Shown here one piece after another: positions 23,032-33,767 of a DNA stretch of 64,000 nucleotides. A program made the position numbers and the translations under genes. Where the stretch lies: NCBI GenBank assembly GCA_000004985.1, contig GG738862.1; one strand, 5' to 3'. The DNA is from Naegleria gruberi (Eukaryota). The notes below the pieces were generated by a model, which saw only the letters and a program-made list of their open reading frames with translations, was not told the origin of the DNA and did not search any database. Each line of letters opens with the position of its first letter. Within the stretch, counting starts at the first letter, position 1.

Positions 23032-23167
23032 TTTTTTGTTGATTTGAGTTCAAAAGTGTTTTGGAGGGAGAATTGCAATGATTGAGATTATTAAATAGTA
23101 GTATGGATATTATTCTTAATATTATTGTACGATTCAAAATGAAAACCCTTTCTTTATTGAATAGTAC

Positions 23168-25141
23168 TTAGCAATAATCTACTTTTTCCATGATTTGGGA
23201 AACTAGAGTTTCGCATTCATTCTCGTCACAGTCCAACTCATTTAATAGAGATTCCTTGACTTGTTCCAGTGTAATATTTCCATTCTTAATGAGATTGGCT
23301 ACATATTTGATAGTTTGAGGTTTCCAGAATTTCTTCAACTTGTCACTTCCCAAAAAGTTAGCTAATTTATAAAGCTCAAACATATCAGCATCTTGAATTG
23401 TTAAATTTTCCACCATGAAATCTTCACATTTTTTGAAAAGTGCATTATAGTCCAATTTTTGGGATTGTATTGATAGTTCAATACATATCGAAGGGGTAAT
23501 ATTTGCATTTTCACTGTAAGTGTAATTGATTAGTTGTTTCAAAATTTCCATGTTTGGACAATTAAGTTCCAATGTTGCAATTCCATTTTTTTCCTCTTCT
23601 TCTCTGAATTGAATTCCCTCAGAGAATCCACAAGACGTAATGATATCGAAATAGGCGCTACGCTTTGTAACAAACTTTTTGTGACAAAGTATGACATCTC
23701 TTTCTTGTTCGGAAACTTCTTCATCTTCAATAGATTCAGCTAACTTGATTTTCATGTCACAACCCTTTCTTCTTAAAATATCTAACAGATTGGTTGGCTG
23801 CTTGCTTTCCAAACAAAATCCTAGAGGTGATAGGTCTTTTTGAAGTTCCTTTTTTCTAGCATCTTGAAAATTGTCCAAATTAGCTTTAACCTTGAATTTT
23901 CTGGCAATGAAATCAGCTTGAACTCCAATTTCCACGAATAGAATCTTTGCAAGATTTGTTAATTTCAATGAATAGGCAGCATCCATCAATTCCTGCATGA
24001 ATTGAACTGAAGCGTCCCTAATAATGATTTTTTCCAATGGAATGAATATGCTTTTAACTCTAGGATCAATAATTCTACCTGTGTAAATGTAGGCGAGGAT
24101 AACTTCAAATGGTTTTCTACTGAAAGGTGCATCTCCCAAATTTAAATCAGATAATCTCTCATAAACTTGGTCTATCTGTTCCTCGTTAAGAGTTGGTAAC
24201 TGATAGGGCAGAAATTTTTCTTTGACATACTTTTTGGCAACAAGAACAGAAGATCTGATGCTTTCCAATGTTGGCCTTTGTAAAACTGAGAATGCAGGAA
24301 AAACCTCTCTCTGATATTCACGTGGATCTAAATCATAAGCAAGCATTGTTTTTAAATCCAATGCAGACAAAACAGAGTTTTGGATTGGATGTTCAGATGA
24401 TTCGTTCAATGCAAAATCAATAATTTCTGGCCATCTGGAAATTAAAATCCATTTGTGAAGTCTGTAAGTAGCTGGTAATTGTTCACCAGAAAATTTGATT
24501 GTCAAAGTCATATCAGGTCCATCCATGTTCTCTTCTTCATTTGAGAATATAGCTCTCTTCACAAATGACAATAGTAAGTTCACTAAATTATCATCTTCAA
24601 TCACACCAGACTCATCCTCTTTAGCTTTCTTTTGTGTAGAAAATGAGTAATTATGATAACTCTTCAACAACCATCTCATTTCTTGACTCAATGAATTGAG
24701 ATAACAACGAGAAAACTTGTCATCCCTAGCACCAAGATCTAAATTCCTATCAGCAATTGAAATTCATCAAAAACTCAACTTACCCAATAAACGTTTGGCT
24801 ACATGAACATGTCCAGCCAAACAACTATAATACAGCATTGTATTTCCATGCCTATCAATATCAGTAATTGTAGCTTGCTTTGTTTTGAGCATTTTCTCCA
24901 CTCGAGGCCAATTTCCCTGCTTGGCTAAACTAAAACCTTCATGATCGCAAAAATCAAAAGGATCAAATCCCTTCTTTGGAGTCAGAGGAGATTTCTCTGA
25001 AAAGTTGTGAGCCAAAATCTTGGAAAAGTCATCTCCGTGATTGTGTGCACTATTTGGTGATGATAATTCACTACTGAATTGGCTAGTATTTGCTGCTGTT
25101 GTGGTTGTTGTGGAATTGTTTTTCTGTTGTGCTTGTCCCAT
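23168..25141 (-). CDS. N-myristoylated ankyrin-repeat + BTB/POZ-like domain protein; 2 exons
   Basis: Exon 1 24767..25141 (MGQAQQ...HGNTMLYYSCLAGHVHVAKRLLG|GTAAGT). Exon 2 23168 to about 24730 (NLDLGARDD... DVILCHKKFVTKRSAYFDIITS BTB-like block). Confidence 0.55.
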
Positions 25142-25554
25142 TGTTGATAAAGTGTAGTATTGGTGATGAAGGAAAAAAGAATCCGTGATGATGATGAATA
25201 TTCCTTCTTGTTTGTTCTTTTTTTAAATCTTTTTTTATGAACATTTTAAATGTTCATGTTCATCCATTGTAATCTTCCTTTTAATATATGTAGTTTTCAA
25301 GATGTAACAGTGTGTTCCTTCATCAACTTGATTTATCTTATTACTTCATCATGATTAATTTTGTTCCGAAATTCTAATTTTCCAATTAGTTGAATCACCA
25401 CCAATATTGTCCTTAAATTAATAATAAGCATCATCACAACAAAATATCTTTGAAAAAATCAATTATCCTTCTTCATCTCAAGCCCATCTTTGGTAATTTT
25501 TTTCATAAGAAACTTTAAACAATTTTAAATATTTATTTAAAATTACAAAAAAAA

Positions 25555-26074
25555 ATGTTCCAACGTTCTTCAACCGCCATTTTGTTACTCCTCATTGCTT
25601 GTTTGATGATGATCGGTTTCACCTCTGCTGTTATTCCTGGAGGCTTCTCTCACAATAAGAAACCATCAGCCAAGAGAATTGCCAAATTTACAAGTTTCCT
25701 CTCCAGTAAACTTGCCGCTAAATATCCAACCATCACTCAAATCATTGATATCCAACAACAAGTAAGTTTTTGAGGAAGAGAACATTGGATTCTAATATAT
25801 GTTCTTGATTTCTTGTTTGAATAATTTTTGAATTATTTGGGTCATGATGAAACTTTTGAAAATATTTTGATATTTTCTCTTCTTTTAATTGAAAATTTAA
25901 TTATTGAAAATTTAATATTAGGTTGTTGCAGGAGTCATGTATAAAGTTACTGCTTTGGCAATAGATAGTAATGGACAAGAAAAGACAATCAAGGCTACTA
26001 TTTTCGAACCATTGCCACATGCCATTCAAGCTGGTCAATCCAAACTCCAATTGAAAGATGTTAAGGAATTGTAA
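25555..26074 (+). CDS. secreted cystatin (family I25 cysteine-protease inhibitor); 2 exons
   Basis: Exon 1 25555-25761: signal peptide MFQRSSTAILLLLIACLMMIGFTSA, then ...IIDIQQQ followed by GTAAGT. Exon 2 about 25922-26074: VVAGVMYKVTALAIDSNGQEKTIKATIFEPLPHAIQAGQSKLQLKDVKEL*. The QxVxG motif (QVVAG) is re-formed across the phase-0 intron. Confidence 0.75.
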
Positions 26075-26422
26075 ATTTATTGTAAATAATCTTGTAAAAA
26101 AAAACATAGTTTTACAAAATAATTGTGACATTTTTGTAAATGGAACTTATTAGTCGTTTACAATGATAAGTGTTGGGACTCCTCTCGAGCCATTCGCGTT
26201 ATCAACTCATTCTAGATATTGTCAATTTAGTTTCTAATGAATAACATTATCTCAACTTCGCGTTTTATTTAGAAACTAAAGTGGAACAGTACTAGCCATT
26301 TCTAACACCAATGAATTGTGGCAGACTTCATTAGGACCTCCTACTCAACCCTCACTTTCGAATAGATAGCCTCAATTTGTTATTATCTCTGCAGATTGAT
26401 TTCCAAAATCAAATCAAAAGAA

Positions 26423-26959
26423 ATGGCCAAACAATCTCGATCTAATTCCAATTCAACTGATCACTATCCACTCTATCCAACAAATTCGACTACAAGTAGT
26501 GGACAACAAATGATCATGTTTTCTACAACTCCTGACTACAAAAACGAAGCACACTATTATGAGACGAAACTTGGTAGTGGTGCTTTAATTTGTGACACTG
26601 AATTGTCACCAGTTTGTAGTTGTAATGAATCAGTTTCCAGTTATTTATCATGTGACGATCAATATCATAAACAACAGTCATTCTCAATTCGAACACTTGT
26701 GGTGACTGAACCTTATTGGAAACGAGTGGGAAAGGTACTCGATAATAACAAGAAGAATATCATGATGGGATGTATCATGTTTGTTCTGGTGTCTCTATTC
26801 ATTGTCAGTACTGTTTACTTTGTAAAGAGTTTGCTGATGAATAATATTGTAATATTAACGATTTGTGCTATTATGAGTTTGTTGGCAGCTTTGATTATTT
26901 CAGTTCTTGGAATCATTTGGTTGACCAAACATAGTAGATTCAAAACCACCGCCATGTAG
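26423..26959 (+). CDS. small membrane protein (S/T-rich N-terminus, Cys-rich segment, 2 C-terminal TM helices), unknown function
   Basis: ORF 26396..26959 (TTG start in the track); first ATG at about 26423 (AAAGAAATGGCC). Confidence 0.4.
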   Translation: MAKQSRSNSNSTDHYPLYPTNSTTSSGQQMIMFSTTPDYKNEAHYYETKLGSGALICDTELSPVCSCNESVSSYLSCDDQYHKQQSFSIRTLVVTEPYWKRVGKVLDNNKKNIMMGCIMFVLVSLFIVSTVYFVKSLLMNNIVILTICAIMSLLAALIISVLGIIWLTKHSRFKTTAM

Positions 26960-27208
26960 GGTATTTGTTAAGATATTGTAAATAGTAATGTAAATATTAA
27001 TATTAATGATGATTAGCACACGATCTCTTGTAAATTAAACTAGTTTCTAAAGTAAAAGAATAAATCTTCTTTATCTAAATTTGGAGCATCCTCACCCTCC
27101 TTCCAACAGCAAGAAATCAGTGATGAGGTTGGATAAATTTATAATGGATGAAGTTTAAATTAAATAATTCATAAAGAGATTGACTCGGAATTACTTTAAT
27201 TGTCAGAT

Positions 27209-29152
27209 TTATTTGAGGATAACCTTACTCTTATGAGAAGTATATAGCTCTACCAGAGGTTGTCTTTCAATAGTATTGGCATGAATAGATCCATCCTTAG
27301 CATCCTGTAAGTGAATTTCTTCCAATTTTGGAAAATCTGCATTCAACAGGAATTTCACACCTTCCAAACCTATTAAATTCTGATTCAAAAGGAAAACTCG
27401 AACGTTTGTCAGTGATCCATTACATAATATTTCACATCCTGCATCCCTAATGTCATTTCCAACAAGATCCAAGTATTCCAATTTTGAAAGTGCATTCAGA
27501 TAGAGACAACCAGAGCTGCCAACATTATTTCTCGAAATGGTTAAGTGCTGAAGTTGAGGAAGGAGTGAAATACATCTACAACCTTTGGAACCCAAATTAT
27601 TATTTGAAACTGAGAGGAGGTTGAGGAATGGAAGACTGGAAATGTTTAGGCAACCTTCGTCTCCAATATTGTTGTTATCGACATAGAGTTTAGTTAACTT
27701 TCCAATGCCATTGGCAGTCAATTCTGCAAATCCACTTGATCCTATTTGACAATCTCTCAAATATAAATCTTGTAATGAGAGGAATTGAGCTTTTGCCAAA
27801 TTTTTACATCCTTCATCTGAAATTGGATTATTCGAAATGTTAAGATAAACCAAAGAGGAAACATCTGCATTTCCAATAAATGCACAATCAGATGGTCTAA
27901 CCTCACAAGATTCCAAACTGAGCCACGTTAAATTTGGCATGTTTCCATTGAAAATAAATTGAATACCAGATCCAATAAGCATATTCTTTGAGAGATTCAA
28001 TTGGACCAAATTCTTCAAGTTTCCATTTCCCAAATATTGACAAGCATCAAAATCTAATGCACAACATGACAAGTTCAAGTGAGTTAGAGTTAATAATCCT
28101 CCATTCGAAAGATATTGACATCCCTTTGAATATATTCTATTACCACTCAAATTCAATTGAATCAAATGATTTAGATTACCGTTGGCTAAATATTTACATC
28201 CATTCGATTTGATTCCATTATTATTTGTTTCATTAAGACTTTCAAGACTCACATCTAAACTTGTCAAGCATTTCAATTTACCATTCGCTAAGTATTTACA
28301 TCCCTTTGATCCAATGGAACGATGAGAAGAAACCATTTCTAAACTTGTCAAACCTGTCAAGGAAGTTACTGCACTACTTGTTAAATATTCACATAAATGA
28401 CCAAATGAATAACCTTCAAATGAATCTGCCTCCATCTCATTTGCAAAACTCTCTGTCATGGTCAATTTAGTCAAATTAGGCATGGAATCGAATAAATTCT
28501 TCAAAACTTTTGCCCTTTTCTTTTTTGGAGAAGAAGGAGTTGAAGGCGAAACTTTCTGAAATATTTTCTTCAACTTTCCAAATCCAGAAACCTTCCTCTC
28601 ATTCAAACCAGTGCTAATACTTGGTAAATCCTTATTTGGAATTGAAGGATTAGTAAAAGTTGACCCCAAACTACTCGAACTTGAATTATCATCAAAATTT
28701 GGTGAATTTGGAGTTAAATATCCACCACTTCCACTGACTGTTTCTCTTCTAGATGTCGAAATTGGAGTCGATGGCGATACACTCACTGATAAATCAAGTG
28801 AAACTCTATCTTGCTTTTTGATGTGAAATATTGGCAGTTCACTATAAATCGAATTACTGCAAACTAATTGTTGTAATAAATATTGAACGTGTGAAAATTC
28901 AATGGCATGGACATTAAATGCACCCTTTTCACAATTATTAATAAATTCAAAACATTTCAGAGGATCCTTCATGTCAATATTTATAATTCTTGGTAATGTG
29001 AAATTTAAAGAATTATTTTGATTGTTGACAGTCGAAGAAGTAATGGTACCGAACATTTTGGAGTGTCGATGGTTGGTGTAGGGAAGGTATTGTTCATCGG
29101 CTTCGTTTCTATTAAGTTTGGAGCCAAAGAACATGACAGATTTTCTCATTTT
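27209..29152 (-). CDS. ribonuclease-inhibitor-type leucine-rich-repeat (LRR) protein with S/T/P-rich linker
   Basis: ORF 27209..29233. More than 12 repeats of GCKYLANGNLxxLxxLNLSxNxIGxxG type. The probable start is AAAAAAATG (MRKSVMFFG) at about 29152; an alternative ATG is at 29233. Confidence 0.6.
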   Translation of the reverse strand, partial: KMRKSVMFFGSKLNRNEADEQYLPYTNHRHSKMFGTITSSTVNNQNNSLNFTLPRIINIDMKDPLKCFEFINNCEKGAFNVHAIEFSHVQYLLQQLVCSNSIYSELPIFHIKKQDRVSLDLSVSVSPSTPISTSRRETVSGSGGYLTPNSPNFDDNSSSSSLGSTFTNPSIPNKDLPSISTGLNERKVSGFGKLKKIFQKVSPSTPSSPKKKRAKVLKNLFDSMPNLTKLTMTESFANEMEADSFEGYSFGHLCEYLTSSAVTSLTGLTSLEMVSSHRSIGSKGCKYLANGKLKCLTSLDVSLESLNETNNNGIKSNGCKYLANGNLNHLIQLNLSGNRIYSKGCQYLSNGGLLTLTHLNLSCCALDFDACQYLGNGNLKNLVQLNLSKNMLIGSGIQFIFNGNMPNLTWLSLESCEVRPSDCAFIGNADVSSLVYLNISNNPISDEGCKNLAKAQFLSLQDLYLRDCQIGSSGFAELTANGIGKLTKLYVDNNNIGDEGCLNISSLPFLNLLSVSNNNLGSKGCRCISLLPQLQHLTISRNNVGSSGCLYLNALSKLEYLDLVGNDIRDAGCEILCNGSLTNVRVFLLNQNLIGLEGVKFLLNADFPKLEEIHLQDAKDGSIHANTIERQPLVELYTSHKSKVILK

Positions 29153-29451
29153 TTTATTAATTGTTTTATTGTAATGACAGGTGGCGTTTCTTGATGAGTT
29201 TGATTGCAAAAGGCAAGGAAAATTGACAATCACTGGATTGGTATGATATTAGTTCTTCACTAAGCAATTTTGGGCAACAAATATGAAAGAATCGTATGGA
29301 GTTTAGTTTCATTTCTTTGTCTCACTTCATGTCAAGTGGCGTTTGACATCTCCTTTCCACCATTAATTAATGATAATTTTTATTTTCTTTTGCTGTGGTC
29401 ATTTTTTAAATAAATTTTTTGAATTTACAAGAATTACAAGAATGAAAGAAA

Positions 29452-32083
29452 ATGATTTCTCAAAATTTTCAACAATTTACATATAAATTCAATTTAAGAT
29501 GCAATGTACTCAAATATAGTTCCACTGTACTAAACAAATCAATTCACGGTACCACTTTTGAAAAAATCCCCAAATGGTTTTATACGAAAGATTGGACGAT
29601 TCTCTCAAGCAAAAAAAATACAACAACAAACGCAATGATCACAGATGTTGTCTCACCCACCGTGACCATTCACAACAACGACAACAATAACGACGACACA
29701 AAGGATGACTCTAACAAACAGTCGACGAAACCTAATGTTGTTTCGGATAGCACAATCACTCCAAACGAAACTAGCAAAAAAACAGGATTGACTGCATCCT
29801 CTACCGTAACAACTCTTGACGACATGGAAACGAAAGTAATTCTAACAAATTTAAAGAATGCTTCGAATGTAAATTATGTAGAAACTCAAAATTGGAAGAA
29901 AGGTCTAAAAGGAATTAGACGAAAGAAATATACTTGGACATTTCTAACAGTTTGTGGATTTGTTGGTGGAGTGATTATTTATACGCATGATTTGATTGTC
30001 AAATACATGTTTCAGGGAAGGTTGACTTTGATAAATGCATTCGATTCGAATAGTTATTTCGGATTACGTTTAGTTTTGTGGATTTTGTTTAATTTGGTGT
30101 TTATGTATGTGAGTTTAATGATGACGATTTTCATTGCGCCTGCTTCGGAGGGATCTGGTATTCCAGCTATTAAAGGTAAGTGTTTTCAACTGAAATTAGT
30201 TTTATTCGAATGTGTGACATCTTTCGAATAATTATTTAGCTATTTTAAATGGTACTCCTTTAGAAGATCCTCTCAGTTTCAAAACATTTCTTGTAAAAAT
30301 TATTACACTTCCAGCGGTTTTGGGAACTGGAATGTTTTTTGGTAAAGGTAAGTTTGCAAAATGTCAAATAATTTTTATTCGAATCTCAAAGTTGGACCTT
30401 CGGCTCATATTGGCGCTCTCCTAATCAACAACATGCTCAAAATTCCAATATTTAAACCTATTGGTAGCATTAAATCTTTAAAAAATCAAATGATTGCTTG
30501 TGGTTGTGTAAGTTTACAATAATTTCAATATTAATAATTTTAAAAAATAGGCACTTGGAGTCGGCTCAAATTTTTCTACTCCTGGAGGAGGAGTCCTATT
30601 CGCTCTAGAAGTCATTGGAAGTTACTACAGTTTGAGAGGTTATCTGAAAAGTTTCTATGTGGCAGTGGTTGCTGCATTCACTTCTCGTCTCTTCAATGCT
30701 ACAGTCAACTTGAGTTTAAATTTGGCATTGAATTGGAATTTCAAATTGACTTATCCTTCATTCTCTATTCCTGAACTGATAGCTTTTGCAATTTTGGGTT
30801 TTGGAATGGGAGTTCTTGGAATTGTTTACGTTTATTTGAATGAGAAAATGTATCGATTGAGAGATCGATTTGGAGGACATTACTTGTTTTTCAAACCAGA
30901 GCGATTGAAAAAGTACAAATTCATGATGATTTTTGAGAATCGTGTGATTTGGACAGTGTTTATTTGTATTGCAACAAGTTTATTGACATTCCCTGATTTG
31001 ATTGGCAAGTACATGTCATTGACAGTTGGTGCAACTCTTGAAGATTTAGTTTCTCCTAATCCTCTCACATCAGCCAATGGATGGATCACTAATTCACCGT
31101 ATGATATTTTCTCCTCTCTTGCCATTTTCATTGTGATTCGATTGATATTCACAATTTTTTCAATGAGTTTGCCACTTCCAGGAGGAACATACATTCCACT
31201 AGTTATTATTGGAGCTGGATGTGGAAGATTCTTTGGAGAAATAGTGGCAATTATATTTCCAAATGGATTTGTTGCTGGACAACCAATTTATGCAGGAGCT
31301 TATGCAGTTGTTGGTATTGTGGCATTGACAGCATCAGCCACACATGCATTTTCAACTGTTTTCATCTTCCTTGAAATTGTTGGTGTTGCTGTTTATCTTC
31401 CAAGTTTAATGGCTGCTTTGATAGCTGTCAGAATTTCAAGATTGTGCACAGCAAACTTTTATGATACCAGTATTAAGGTAAAGGGATGGCCAGCATTATT
31501 GGAGAGTATGACAGATTCAGAAGATTTGAAAGTTACCAATATTATGACATCTGTCGATAAACTAGACATTTTGGAAGAGAATGTTTCAATGAGAGATCTT
31601 GAACTCCTCTTACAAAAGAAGAAATTACCAAAGATTTTACCCGTTGTTTCAAGTAAGGACAATTTGGTTCTATTAGGACAAGTGCATCTGAAATCTTTGG
31701 AATTTCAATATAATCTAATGAAAGCTAGATTGAATAATTCAGGAAAGGAAATCACTCAAGCATCAAATTTTGCACCAATATCTGATGAAGGATATGGATC
31801 AGCAAATGATGGAAATGATTCTTCTGCAACTAATATGGCTGGGTATGCCAGTTTCGAATTGCAAGATCGTGATGAAACTGATATTATTCGAATTGAATAT
31901 GAAACATGTGATATTACAATTTCCGAGTCTCAATCAGCTCAGAGAGCTCACATGCTCTTTTCTCAATTGTGTTTGGATGAAGCATTTGTGGTTTGGAAAG
32001 GCAGATTGATGGGACAATTGGCAAGACAAATGCTCATTAATACTGTTTCTGCAAGAGAAAGAAATCAAATAATAGTAGTGTAA
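29452..32083 (+). CDS. CLC-family voltage-gated chloride channel/transporter with C-terminal CBS region; 4 exons; apparent 1-nt frame problem in exon 3
   Basis: Exon 1 29452 to about 30175 (...PASEGSGIPAIKG = GSGIPE motif). Exon 2 about 30240-30347 (...FFGKVG...). Exon 3 about 30391-30507 (GKVGPSAHIGALL = GKEGP motif). Exon 4 about 30551-32083 (GVGSNFSTPGGGVLFALEVIGSYY ... CBS-like tail). All introns GTAAGT..AG, 43-64 nt. As read, exon 3 is 117 nt (an A7 run at about 30478-30484), which is 1 nt out of phase with exon 4. Confidence 0.7.
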
Positions 32084-32278
32084 GAATAAAGGTTTCTAAT
32101 CTTCATAAATCTATGTGGAGCCACATTTTCACTCTCAAGTGTGGATAGTATGTTCACAGTTTTAGTAGTTTTAGTGGCCTACCAGGTTGGTTAATTGTTG
32201 GAATGTAAAGAATACTGCAGTTAGTGTTGAAGCTCCAAAGGTAGATATGACTATTGCACAAATTGTTTAACAATTTAT

Positions 32279-32920
32279 TTAATATTTAGAATAGATTGAA
32301 TATTGTTCATCATATTCTTCCATATATTGTTCATACTCATCATCCTCGTCAATAGATGAAACAATTTGTTTGCCTGTTTCTTGATTTCTAACAAATTCCT
32401 TCATAATTTTCTTATTCTTCTTATTCTTCTTTTGTGAACAAGATTTTAAAGTTGAGGTTTCTGGAGTTGTTGGTTGTAAAACAGTTGTGAATTCAGCATG
32501 TTCTCTAGCAATTCTTTCTTGTTCTTCCTTTTTGAATTTCAAAATCAATTCTCCCAATTGACCATTTGACAACATGTCAATTCTATTATTCTTATCCCAG
32601 AATACATATTCATCTCTATACATCAATTGTTGAATTCGGTGTTGTGGAAGTTCTTCAGCCAAATCACTATTTAAGAATTCTTCATATGAAATAAAAGTGT
32701 CACCTTCAAATCTGTCTTTGTAAATCATTGACAAGTGAAGATAGGCATCATTTAAATCAGAATCCCACATGATTCTATTAATTGCTTCCTTACAAGTTAG
32801 AAAACGTTCCTTTTTCTTTAGCCAAATTGTTTCTTCTTCAGCAATTTGTTCATTCTTAGAAAGGAAATATTTAGTTTGATTGGTGGCAGTATTATTTACA
32901 GGGAGGATTTTTACGGTCAT
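32279..32920 (-). CDS. protein with MJ1316/DUF504-like domain (putative RNA 2',3'-cyclic-phosphate end-binding fold) plus acidic/coiled tail
   Basis: 213-aa ORF. AINRIMWD ... DAYLHLSMIYKDR ... LPQHRIQQLMYRDEYVFWDKNNRID resembles the MJ1316 family (IKWD ... IPxHRI ... W). The C-terminus is K-rich then D/E/Y-rich. Confidence 0.4.
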   Translation of the reverse strand: MTVKILPVNNTATNQTKYFLSKNEQIAEEETIWLKKKERFLTCKEAINRIMWDSDLNDAYLHLSMIYKDRFEGDTFISYEEFLNSDLAEELPQHRIQQLMYRDEYVFWDKNNRIDMLSNGQLGELILKFKKEEQERIAREHAEFTTVLQPTTPETSTLKSCSQKKNKKNKKIMKEFVRNQETGKQIVSSIDEDDEYEQYMEEYDEQYSIYSKY

Positions 32921-33370
32921 GATTTTTTACACAGTTAGGTTGATGATCAATGGATCTTTTTTTTGTTTTGGATTTTCTTGAATTTCAGCTTGCAATTTTC
33001 TATTTAAAAGTGTGAAAAAATGTTTCACACCAGAAGTTGAAGAATAAAAATAGACTTCAAGTTCATATTGAACTTTTTTTTGTACAAACTTGAAGTTGAA
33101 TTTATTGAAATACCAGTGTTCTCAATTCCTGTAAGTGAGGGAAAGATTTTGTGTTTTGAAACCTTAGCTTGAATCTCTCTTCAAAGTTGAGGGATATTGA
33201 ATGAGATATGAGAGGTGATGAGGAGGCAAATATGTGAATTATACAAATCCTTAAAAAACATCTCAATCTCCATTAATTTCACAAAGTGCGAGTAACTTTT
33301 GAAAGCATAAAAATCGGACATCTGGAGAATCAGGTTTAAAACGTTAAACGATTATGGATATTATTTAAAA

Positions 33371-33443
33371 TATTACATAGAGGATTCGAACCTCTGACCT
33401 TGGAATTAAGAGTTCCACGCTCTCCCAGCTGAGCTAATATAAC
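33371..33443 (-). tRNA. tRNA-Lys (anticodon CUU), 73 nt
   Basis: Reverse strand: GTTATAT TA GCTC AGCTGGGA GAGC G TGGAA CTCTTAA TTCCA AGGTC AGAGG TTCGAAT CCTCT ATGTAAT A. Canonical A box (TAGCTCAGCTGG) and B box (GGTTCGAATCC). The acceptor stem is entirely A-U/G-U. Confidence 0.7.
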
Positions 33444-33562
33444 ACAGATTCGAATAAAAAAATAATACTCGTATCATCAAAGGTGTTTTGAGGCAAACTA
33501 ACAAGTTCATTGATTGTTAATAATTGTAATCAATGTTTACTGGTATTTAATATTATTTAAAA

Positions 33563-33633
33563 TATTATATAGAGGATTCGAACCTCTGACCTCGGAATAT
33601 GGTTCCACGCTCTCCCAGCTGAGCTAATATAAC
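33563..33633 (-). tRNA. tRNA-Lys-derived tandem duplicate with altered anticodon arm (CAU in a shortened loop); possible pseudogene or Met-decoding variant
   Basis: Identical D and T arms and flanks to the upstream copy. The anticodon arm is TGGAA-CCATA-TTCCG (5-nt loop, or a 4-bp stem plus 7-nt loop ACCAUAU with C33), 71 nt total. Confidence 0.5.
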
Positions 33634-33767
33634 CCAGTTTCAGATAAAAACAAATAATAGAAACCCCTTGCCAAGTGCTACTAATCAGAGCTTCAATCCT
33701 CTATTGAACGTTTTCTTACTCAAAAAATAGATTATGTTAAGATCAGTTTATTATTAATAATCACAAT

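Larger units (their letters stand above)
33345..33660. repeat. tandem duplication (about 190-bp unit) containing the two tRNA-Lys-like genes with conserved flanks
   Basis: Flanks ATATTATTTAAAATATTA(C/T)ATAGAGG... and ...GAGCTAATATAAC(A/C)CAG are shared by both units. Confidence 0.7.

Noticed and set aside
22560-23042. ORFs 22560..22982 (-) and 22782..23042 (+) overlapping the 5' end of the large membrane-protein gene
   Set aside because: They are out-of-frame or antisense readings of the His/Glu/Gln-rich low-complexity coding tract. Simple repeats give long spurious ORFs in all frames.
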